Shown: positions 52,665 to 61,307 of the stretch, one piece after another
How positions within the stretch are numbered: the first letter of the stretch is position 1
Layout of the letters: each line of letters begins with the position of its first letter
Virus record (IMG/VR): IMGVR_UViG_3300035698_025391
DNA from: an uncultured virus (IMG/VR IMGVR_UViG_3300035698_025391)
Taxonomy: Duplodnaviria > Heunggongvirae > Uroviricota > Caudoviricetes
Direction: 5' to 3' (one strand)
Length of the DNA stretch: 64,000 nt
Made by a program: the position numbers and the translations under genes
The notes under the pieces: model-generated
What the model saw: only the letters and a program-made list of their open reading frames with translations
Databases searched by the model: none
Told to the model about the DNA's origin: nothing

Positions 52665-53150
52665 ATGCAAGAATACGTGGGTGCAATACCCAAAAAACAT
52701 CTGCCTCTGATGAGAGAAACCTTTAGAAGGCTCAAACGTTGTACAATGTTAGTCGAAGAATATATCGATACTCCCAATGTGAAGGTATGGATTGGTGGTC
52801 TCGATTATTATGATCGGGAACGTATCATATGGTGGACAGAAGACCAGCATCACTGCGATGGAGGATTTGAAATGGAGGGCTTTTCTCATGAAATGGGAGA
52901 AGAATGTATGGCCATTTATCAGGGGCTATACTATACCACCACGTCGGAAGGTAAAAAAGCATGGATAGTCCTTGAAAAGAAACGCAAGAGAAAAGAAGTC
53001 GAGAAAAACAAAATAACCACCAGAAAACTTCTTATAGAACTCGGCAAAAGTGCTATGGTTAAGAAAATGATAGCCCTTCATATCAGAGACATAGAAAAGG
53101 CCTCACTCTTCGGAATGTGGCGAGGATTAGACAATGGACAGAAAGCGTGA
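52665..53150 (+). CDS. Hypothetical protein
   Basis: AGGAG SD, 161 aa. Confidence 0.55.
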   Translation: MQEYVGAIPKKHLPLMRETFRRLKRCTMLVEEYIDTPNVKVWIGGLDYYDRERIIWWTEDQHHCDGGFEMEGFSHEMGEECMAIYQGLYYTTTSEGKKAWIVLEKKRKRKEVEKNKITTRKLLIELGKSAMVKKMIALHIRDIEKASLFGMWRGLDNGQKA

Positions 53151-53748
53151 ACAGTTGCTTGTGAAACGATTCCCAGTATTTTTTCAGGATTATCGGGGCG
53201 ATATGCGGAAAACTTGTATGGCTTGGGGTATGTCTTGTGGAGATGGCTGGTATAAATTGCTGTGGGACACTTGCCTGGCCGTCGAAAAAGAGCTTGAAGG
53301 AGCCCAGTATGAGTTTGTGGCGGCCCAGGTGAAGGAGAAGTTCGGTGGCCTTCGCTTCTATTATCTTGTGCGAAACAAGTTGCCACTGTCCGATGGTCTA
53401 CAAAAGATCAAGAACATCAGTGATAAGATTGCCATTAAAATATGTCGTATGGGCTTCCACAAACTCAGGTGGAAAGCCAGGGAAATTCGTCAGATCTTCT
53501 ACACCACACCACTGGAACGAATTGATAACATCGTGAACCAGGCGGAGTGGGATTCTTATAGAATCTGTGAAAGATGTGGCCGATCTGGTCATCCCCAACA
53601 CGGCCATTGGAGAAGAACACTTTGCAATTGGTGTGAAGTTGCCGGTCGCATTGAGGATCTCAAATGGAATCTCAAGACACTCAAACACGTGAGGAGCCGG
53701 GATGTCAGACGAGCAGTTATTGTTCCATCTCCATTTCAAGATCACTGA
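53134..53748 (+). CDS. Conserved phage protein with QxKEKFGGLRFY motif and C-terminal zinc finger
   Basis: CGDGW, QVKEKFGGLRFY, ICERCG..G...W.RTLC..C. Confidence 0.75.
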   Translation: MDRKREQLLVKRFPVFFQDYRGDMRKTCMAWGMSCGDGWYKLLWDTCLAVEKELEGAQYEFVAAQVKEKFGGLRFYYLVRNKLPLSDGLQKIKNISDKIAIKICRMGFHKLRWKAREIRQIFYTTPLERIDNIVNQAEWDSYRICERCGRSGHPQHGHWRRTLCNWCEVAGRIEDLKWNLKTLKHVRSRDVRRAVIVPSPFQDH

Positions 53749-54145
53749 AAACGGGATGGTGTTCCCCTACCAGAACGAAATCGAGAATCTGATGATGGAA
53801 TTGGGTATGGACTGTGCTGGGATAGGTGAAAAGGAGATTTATTTAGGGCCAGGAGTTTATATTCAATATCGCACAGAGCCTCATGGCTGGCATCTCTTCC
53901 GCGATCCGAACGAGGATGAATACGACGCAACGACCGGCCAGTGGGTAGGTTGGAGATTTCAACGTCAAAAGGGGGTGACACCTATGGATGAAGAGAAGAT
54001 CAAAGCTTTGGAAACAAAGGGATTCATGTTCGGAACCGTTCAGCAATTATTGAACTTGACCGACGAAGAAATGGCAATTGTCGAAGAGAAAACCGCTGTT
54101 GCTCTCAAAGCAACAAAAAATCCGAAAGAGAAGTGAATAATAATC

Positions 54146-54229
54146 GCCGAAGTGGTGTAATTGGCAGGCACGCCAGCCTAAGGAGCTGGTGACCGCAAGG
54201 TCGTGCGAGTTCAAATCTCGCCTTCGGCA
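54146..54229 (+). tRNA. trnL-AAG: tRNA-Leu(AAG), no encoded CCA
   Basis: Acceptor GCCGAAG/CTTCGGC+A, anticodon arm CCAGC-CTAAGGA-GCTGG, variable arm GACC-GCAA-GGTC, T-arm GCGAG-TTCAAAT-CTCGC. Confidence 0.93.
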
Positions 54230-54500
54230 CACTCTAACAGGAGATAGGTATGAATGAATTTGAGATTACATTACTGATTATTGGTTTAATATTCGGCGGT
54301 GGTACTATCATCAACGCAGTGATCGACCAGATCACCGTCACCGATATTATACTCACACTTGCTGCAATTATCCTTGGTATTGTGAGTAAGGTACTGTTCT
54401 GGCCCATTCGCATGTTGCGTAAAAATGGCAACCACGCCCAGACAAAAAAGAAAACAGGGCCCGAAGTGAATATGGTCCAACTGAAGAGATGGTAAAATAT

Positions 54501-54576
54501 AGGGGTATAGTTCAGCTGGTAGAACAACAGGCTTTGGTCCTGTAGCTCGATGGTTCGAGTCCATCTACCCCTTCCA
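54501..54576 (+). tRNA. trnQ-UUG: tRNA-Gln(UUG)
   Basis: Acceptor AGGGGTA/TACCCCT, anticodon arm ACAGG-CTTTGGT-CCTGT, T-arm, CCA; atypical U discriminator. Confidence 0.88.
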
Positions 54577-54628
54577 GGCCCGCCTGATATGTGAGAGGGG
54601 TCTGTCTTATAGCATATCAGGTTTCGCC

Positions 54629-54702
54629 GCGATGTTAGCTTAATTCACCGAGAACGGGCTCTCGCAAGTCAGATTGTGGTATTGGTAATCCACAACATCG
54701 CA
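54629..54702 (+). ncRNA. tRNA-like element lacking a canonical anticodon arm
   Basis: Acceptor GCGATGT/ACATCGC+A, TAGCTTAATT D-arm start, TGTGG/CCACA stem abutting the acceptor. Confidence 0.55.
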
Positions 54703-54729
54703 TCAAATTTTCAAAGGGGTAGTGGAAAT

Positions 54730-55410
54730 ATGGCCTATTGTATACTACATCAAGATTTTCCGCATAGAATAAGAGTAGCCGTCGGCGGTGTCGTCCACGC
54801 AGCTCAAGCTAAATCTGAAGACATCGAGGTAGCCCTGGAAGTGTGTAAGAAAGGGCAAGTTGAGGGAGTAAGATTCGGTGGTCATGATACAGCCATTCAT
54901 AGGGTCAAATTTGCCTGTTCACATGACTTGATAAAAGGTTCACATTACGTGTCCCATGACGGAAGTGGCGGACCTAAATGGAAGGGCAAAGGGCACTATG
55001 TTCATACACTTTGTAAAGATGCTGTGCTATTGTCCAATGACACCCCGATCACCTGTAAGAACTGTCTTGCCAACATGGGTGACGAAGACCATGTCAAAAA
55101 GTACACACATCGCTGGGTAATCCAAGATTCAGACGGTTTCTTCCTGAAAGCACGAACTTGGTCTAAACACAGTCGTACCACTGAACCTGCCGATGCTAAA
55201 CTCTATCGTGTAAAGGGGGCTACCAGTTTCATCAACAGTTATACTGTGTTCCTGGGTCCAAGGGGTGAGGAAATAACTCGCGAAGAGTACTACAACGCCA
55301 ATTACAGAACACGCTTGGAGGAAGGGTACGGAAAAGTAAGACGCATGGGAAACGAATACAAGATAAGAAAGGTCATTGTCACTCTTGCCGATAACGACAA
55401 TGACGAATAA
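54730..55410 (+). CDS. HC3 zinc-finger family protein with insertion
   Basis: VVHA...TLCK...PITCKNCL; C-domain pattern similar to 44734. Confidence 0.6.
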   Translation: MAYCILHQDFPHRIRVAVGGVVHAAQAKSEDIEVALEVCKKGQVEGVRFGGHDTAIHRVKFACSHDLIKGSHYVSHDGSGGPKWKGKGHYVHTLCKDAVLLSNDTPITCKNCLANMGDEDHVKKYTHRWVIQDSDGFFLKARTWSKHSRTTEPADAKLYRVKGATSFINSYTVFLGPRGEEITREEYYNANYRTRLEEGYGKVRRMGNEYKIRKVIVTLADNDNDE

Positions 55411-55826
55411 CGCCCTTCGGGGCACAACTCAAGGAGAGATGTCATGCCATTGTATGGAAAAGGAAAAGACGCAGTCGACAGAGATCAGGTGATCACCATG
55501 CTGACCAAAATGGCCAGTATAGGCGACAAGGCCGTTTACATGAAGGTCTACAAAATCAGACCAGAAGAAGTCGCCGAGCGTATGGGGGCCATTGCGGCCG
55601 GGGAGCACGATGGAAACTTCGTGTTCGGAAGCAGTAAACCCGACACCATTGCCATGGCTAATGTTGCCGGTATGGACGAACATGACATCGCCATCGCGGA
55701 AATCAATGAGGGTTGGTACGACCGGTTCAGCATTGTCATGGCATCCCTCGGCCTTCTGATCTTGATCGAACTCAACCTCGTGATGTACTCCGATCGTATA
55801 TTGCTGTACTTCCAACGCGTGTTCGG

Positions 55827-56261
55827 ATGAAAATACTCGTATATCCGAGAGTGGAGGTGGAGAAACTCTTGAAGGAGACCGTCCTTGACGAGAGAGTAGC
55901 CATCGTTTCCATTTGTGAGCCGGTAGCGGAACCAATCAGATTCGATGCTTCCAAACATACCTGTCTATTCTACCCGGTAGCATTTCATGATATGGACAAG
56001 CCATTGGACGGATACATACTCATCGATAAAGTACTGGCCAGAGGCATAGCGGGATTCGTCGATGTAGCGATTGACAATGGTGTTAAAATATTGTTATGTC
56101 ATTGTACTGCCGGCATATCCCGCAGTGCCGGTGTTGCAGCAGCCGTAGCCAAGTATTATTTCAATGATGACAACGAGTATTTTAAACGATATTCACCAAA
56201 CAGGCTTGTATATCGTTTGATACTTGAAGCATTAAATGAAAGGGGGAGGAGGAGTAGTTGA
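55827..56261 (+). CDS. CX5R (tyrosine/dual-specificity-type) phosphatase
   Basis: FHD loop, HCTAGISRSAG, SPN. Confidence 0.88.
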   Translation: MKILVYPRVEVEKLLKETVLDERVAIVSICEPVAEPIRFDASKHTCLFYPVAFHDMDKPLDGYILIDKVLARGIAGFVDVAIDNGVKILLCHCTAGISRSAGVAAAVAKYYFNDDNEYFKRYSPNRLVYRLILEALNERGRRSS

Positions 56262-56868
56262 TGACAAATAACAAAAAGCCACTCGGAATGTATCCACTGC
56301 CGCCACCGCCACCCCCGCCAATAAGTTTAAGCGGGAGCCCACAAAAGGAAAAGCCCATGGAAGATGCAAACAGCGTTCATAAAGCATTCGCAGAGGCCAT
56401 TCGGGCCTCTAGATCTACCAGTCGAACTTCTCACAGGCTACTCATCGTAATGGCCGGGCTTACTGGCATTCCATGGGAAAGAGTCAAGATGCTCAAACTC
56501 GACTGGAAAGTTCTGGAGCTAAACGATGAAGAGCTTTCGGTACCAGTCATAAATGTAATGATGCATGACGGTACCGGTGGGACAATTTCAGATGAGCCCG
56601 AAGTTCCCAAACCTGCCGGACCAATCACCGATAATGATCGCGGCCCTGGATGATAAATAAGGAGAATGGATCATTGAAGGTTATTATTATCGTCAAGAGC
56701 TGCGGTGAATGCCCCTATAAAAAGGATAATGACGGTATGGGTCATGGCGGATCTTTCGTCAAGTGTGAGAAATTTAACATTATGCTCAGGGATGAAGACG
56801 GACCTGAACATTTTGATTTGAGTAAAATTCATCCCAAATGCAAGTTTCCAAAAAGGTATTAGCAAACT

Positions 56869-56956
56869 GCCAGAGTGGCGAAACTAGGTATACGCGTAAG
56901 ACTTAGGATCTTATGAGCCTCGGCTCGTGGGGGTTCGATTCCCCCCTCTGGCACCA
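56869..56956 (+). tRNA. trnL-UAG: tRNA-Leu(UAG)
   Basis: Anticodon arm TAAGA-CTTAGGA-TCTTA, long variable arm, CCA. Confidence 0.96.
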
Positions 56957-56960
56957 ATTA

Positions 56961-57024
56961 GGAAGGTATGATAGTGTCTAGGGCGACGGCTGAAGGACAC
57001 GTAGGTTTAACTCCTACCCTTCCA
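56961..57024 (+). ncRNA. Minimal tRNA-like element without D arm
   Basis: GGAAGG/CCTTCC+A acceptor-like stem, GTAGG-TTTAACT-CCTAC T-arm, GTGTC/GACAC hairpin; 4 nt after tRNA-Leu(UAG). Confidence 0.6.
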
Positions 57025-57436
57025 TAACACAAAAGGAGAGGATGGAATTAGCATGAATAAAACGGAGTTGAAAAGGTCCCTCTTTGGGGGCATCAGCCTC
57101 GTCATGCAGAAGAATGGGGCATTTGCCTGGGTTACTTTTGAGGAAATTGCTTCATACTACGAAGACGGTTTTACACTACTCAACGATGACAAACACACTC
57201 TTTACAAAAGGCGAGGAAAAGATGGCAATCGGCGAGAAGTATGAAAGTCTTGAAGAATTAGCTGAATCTTTGCGTACATTACCAATCAATTGGCATCGTG
57301 TCAGAGAATTGGGCATCGTATGGGCCAGACACCAGACACATTTTGACGAAGACAATCGGGCCGTGGCTAAAGTGTTTCCAAATGTTCGCATAGTCTTTCA
57401 CGATCCCCCTCACTAATCCTCCACGGACGAATAATA

Positions 57437-57694
57437 ATGTATATCCACAACTTTATTTCCCCCAATATCGATGAAAAGGATTTAGAACTCTTCTTTGGTC
57501 CCCTCATCTCTGACGATAGTTTCGTCACAATCCAACCGAATTGGCTAATGGCTCACATAACATATCGGGCCGGTCTGTTCCAGTCTATATCACAGGCCAG
57601 GAAAAACGGGTGGAACAAACCGATTCCGTCCGGTTTCAGTGAGCATATTATTGGCAAAAAAAGAATTCATGTATACATTTTCAATTTACTATGA
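57437..57694 (+). CDS. Small S4-like RNA-binding protein (TyrRS C-terminal-like)
   Basis: AGLFQSISQARK.G...IGKKR resembles GL..S.SEARR...GKK. Confidence 0.55.
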   Translation: MYIHNFISPNIDEKDLELFFGPLISDDSFVTIQPNWLMAHITYRAGLFQSISQARKNGWNKPIPSGFSEHIIGKKRIHVYIFNLL

Positions 57695-58379
57695 GGGGAG
57701 GGGGAAATGACACTTTTGTTACCATGGACTGGTTTGTCAGAAATTGAATGTAGCTTGATAGATTACAAAATCAAAACGTTTCCAAATGGATTTGACCATG
57801 AAGTGCCAGGGGAGAGATTTTCTGCTCTGAAGCTCCATCTGAACAGTCTTGGTCTATTTTGGTATAGGGTAACTACCTGGAGTGAAAAGAGTGTATGCTT
57901 CAGCGTTTGTACAACATATGATCTTCTTCAGAGAAGGGAACGCTACCGATGAATCAAATGACAAGGAGAATTGCTATGACATCACTGTTCAAACCAGAGA
58001 CTCGTGCAAAACTGCTCAAAGAGATCAGATCAAAAGGTTCCGGAACCCATTATATGGTATTAACCGACCAGGCGGAAAGCCTTCGGTCAGCAATTTCTGA
58101 AGTGGGCTTGGTGGTGAAAGAACAAGACCAACTGGGGGCACAAATCGTCAGAATTACCCGTAGAAACGCTAATTGGAAAGAGCGATTTGCAGCTTTGGTG
58201 GAATTCTTCACTCCTGGTGAGGATGGTGAAATGTTGGTATGGCGAGGCACCAAAGTGCCCCTACAGGCCCATAATGAATTCGTCAAACAATGTCAAGTCC
58301 TCATTGACGGCGATGACGTTGGCAACACCGAAGGCCGATATCCGGTGGTGGTTATCTCGGCAATGTCGTAATCAAGATC

Positions 58380-58548
58380 GGAGCGGTGGCGGAGTAAGCA
58401 GTGGAGATAAGAACTCCAGTTAAAAAAATATTGCTCGGTATACGCTGGCCAACAGCACCAGAGTGACCCTTTCCGGAGAGGGACTGCCCGCCGTGAACTT
58501 CAGCGGCAAATTTCACTCATGCAGGTTCGAATCCTGTCCGCTCCACCA
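58380..58548 (+). ncRNA. 169-nt expanded tRNA-like RNA with CCA end
   Basis: Perfect acceptor GGAGCGG/CCGCTCC+ACCA, canonical T-arm GCAGG-TTCGAAT-CCTGT, Leu-type TGGCGGA..GGTATACGC D-arm with insertions. Confidence 0.85.
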
Positions 58549-58761
58549 GTTTTAACAATAAGGTAGTGGTATTACTATGACGAAATATAATCATGCATAC
58601 GATATAGCATTTGAGGTTATTAGTGAGGACCCTAAAGATGCGACAAAGGAACAAATTTTTGCTGGTCTATTAAGAAGAACGACGGACCTACTTCAAAATG
58701 GGGATGAGCTATTGGAAGCAGTAGGTATGCCATCCGACACTTACGAGATTGAGGAGAAAAC

Positions 58762-60078
58762 ATGATCAAAATTGAAGCCGGACAGGTATTACTCTTGGAC
58801 ACCGGCAAAGGGATGAGAAAGTTCACAGCAGGTTCACCAATCGTTATCTTTTCAAACGAAGTCGAAGATGGGGCTATGATACAGCTACTAGACGCTTCCA
58901 ATCACCCCTGTCTTTTTAAACATCCTGCGGCTATGCCTGATGTTCACAAGGGCTACGGTCTGCCCATTGGGGGCGTCGTAGCCTTCCACGATGGAGTCAG
59001 CCCCTATTGTGTAGGTAAGGATAAGGGTTGTGGCATGCACTTCGTCCTGCTCAACTACAAATGGGAGAATATCACCACAGATCAGATCATACTTATCAGA
59101 CAGCTAATTCGGAAGGCCATTCCGATGGGAATGGGCAAAGTCCATGAGCTACGACAGGCCTGGAACGGTTTTTCTGATTACCTAAACAGCTTCCGTGCCA
59201 GTCCTGCGGCCCAGGGGCCGGAGCTTATCGACACAAAGAAGTGGAACTGGGTCCACCGTAGTTTGGGTACACTGGGTGGGGGAAACCATTTCGTAGAACT
59301 CCAGGCGGCTTCCAATGGCGGCCTTGGAGCTATGATTCATTCAGGTTCGAGGAACTTGGGCGAAATGTTCTGTACTCACCATCATGGAATTGCCTTGGAA
59401 CACAACAAGCGATGGAAGACCAACCTGCCTTCCGAAAATCTCGCATTCCTTCCCACCGGTACCCGACTATGTGAGGATTATATACGTGACATGAACTTCG
59501 CCCTGGCCTTTGCTCGCGAAAGTCGTACTCGTATGATGAACGTTGTTCTCGAAATCATTGAAAGCGTTGTCGGAAGCTTCAAAGTTGAAAGACGTCATGA
59601 TGTCCACCATAACTACGCCGCCCTGGAGAACCATATGGGCAGCAATGTGTGGATACATCGGAAAGGGGCCACTAGTGCCCGTAAGGACGAGGTAGGCATT
59701 ATTCCTGGTTCTCAAGGATCTGCTTCATACATCGTGCGTGGCACTGGCAACCCAATAGCCTTCATGTCCTGTCCTCACGGAGCTGGACGAGTCTCCAGTC
59801 GTACTGATGCCATCCGATTTCTTGATCCAGAGGCAGAGGCAAAGAAAATGGAGGGCATCGTCTATGATTCTCCCAAGGACACCGTTGTCAAAATTGGTGG
59901 TGAGCAGGTGGTCCGCAAAGACTTGGGTGAAAGTGCTGGAGCCTACAAGGACATCAGCGTTGTCATGGAAAATGCCAAGCCCTTGTGCACTGTGGAGATT
60001 GAGTTACGTCCTCTAGGAAACATCAAGGGAGACGACGATCTTTTTCGTAATAAGAAACTCAAGAAACTTGGACTGTAG
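58762..60078 (+). CDS. rtcB: RNA ligase RtcB
   Basis: MPDVHKGYGLPIG, DKGCG, LGTLGGGNHFVE, IHSGSR, HHNY, HRKGAT, IIPGS, SCPHGAGR, AYKDI. Confidence 0.96.
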   Translation: MIKIEAGQVLLLDTGKGMRKFTAGSPIVIFSNEVEDGAMIQLLDASNHPCLFKHPAAMPDVHKGYGLPIGGVVAFHDGVSPYCVGKDKGCGMHFVLLNYKWENITTDQIILIRQLIRKAIPMGMGKVHELRQAWNGFSDYLNSFRASPAAQGPELIDTKKWNWVHRSLGTLGGGNHFVELQAASNGGLGAMIHSGSRNLGEMFCTHHHGIALEHNKRWKTNLPSENLAFLPTGTRLCEDYIRDMNFALAFARESRTRMMNVVLEIIESVVGSFKVERRHDVHHNYAALENHMGSNVWIHRKGATSARKDEVGIIPGSQGSASYIVRGTGNPIAFMSCPHGAGRVSSRTDAIRFLDPEAEAKKMEGIVYDSPKDTVVKIGGEQVVRKDLGESAGAYKDISVVMENAKPLCTVEIELRPLGNIKGDDDLFRNKKLKKLGL

Positions 60079-61307
60079 GAGGGAGGAACTTATGAAAGAT
60101 AATACGGAATGGCTTTGTAAACCCTGTAACTGGTTTACCTCCGAAAAGGCCCTTAAGCAACTGGAAAAAATGGGTGTTGTCAGCAAGCCTTGGAGTTGTC
60201 CAGAATGTAAGAGAAGATTGACGAAAGAGAAATAGTATGCCATATGCAGATGGATGTTGTATTGGCTGTGGGACGGTACTCGATGCGAGAGATAGAGATC
60301 CTAATGGAGACATGGGATGTGTTTGTGTCCGCTGTCATGCCGAGGAAAAACATGATTTTGATGCGGAACCAGGAGTGAGTTTTGAACGGGATGGTACCGC
60401 TGTGTACGAGGCAGATATCCCACAGCCAAAGACAACTGTAGTCTGTGAAATAACCGTTCTAGAAGGACTAATCTCCAAGCTTGGTGATTTCGGTGAGGAA
60501 TTTGATGAGGAGCAAGACGCTGAAACTTTCTGGGCCGCTATTAACCATACAACTAGTACTCTTACAAAGGTGCTTGAGGGGGGGGGCTGATATGTCAGAA
60601 ACAAGTGCGGTAGGTATCGAGAGGCTCAAAAAAGAGCTAGGTACCAGCCTGTTAAGTCTTAAAGATGAAGCTACCTACTCATACGCCGAAGGATGCAATG
60701 GTCCAGGCTATACGGGAAAGGAGTTGAAAGAGAACCCTGGGTTGGTGCATTGGTTATATCTGCCAGGGTTTGAGATACACTTACCGGTGGCCGTACTCTC
60801 TACTGTACTTTGTAAGCTTTACAGAAGAGAGGTGAACGAATGATACAAATTCTTGTATGTTTCACCATTGGTTTCGCAGTCGGCAAGTACTACAAACGTA
60901 AACCAAAACGCAATTTTTGGGACTGGGAGGCTTTGAAGAAAAGGATAAATAACAATACCATATAAACTCTTTCCACACACACACGACGGTGATCAAATCA
61001 GCATCGAATTCGATTGTGAACCTGAGCGTGATGCTTTCCAACGAGCGTTGGAAATTGTGAAACTTGCCATCAACACTAGAAATTGGCAGTGGGAGTCGAG
61101 TCGCCTTTTCGGAGTTATGGTACTTACCAATGGTGTGGTCTTTACTACTACACTTCAAAAAGAAATGGCCGAGAAGATGGTCAATGAAATCCGTAAGATC
61201 ACCGGACTCACAGTCGCCAATTTCTGGAGTAAAGACAGCAGTACATTATTGCGGGCACCAACTCAAAGTGAGCGGGACAAATTCATTAATAAAAAGGAAA
61301 CCGTAAA

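Noticed and set aside
54577..54701. HDV-like (theta) ribozyme at the tRNA-Gln 3' end
   Set aside because: P1- and P2-like pairings exist, but the L3 consensus, GG P1.1 and J4/2 catalytic segment could not be placed; a tRNA-like fold explains it as well
58380..58548. tmRNA or Y RNA (YrlA) identity for the large tRNA-like RNA
   Set aside because: No G3-U70 alanine pair, too short and no evident tag ORF; it has an open CCA acceptor end rather than a Ro-binding terminal stem, and no Ro60 gene is in the window
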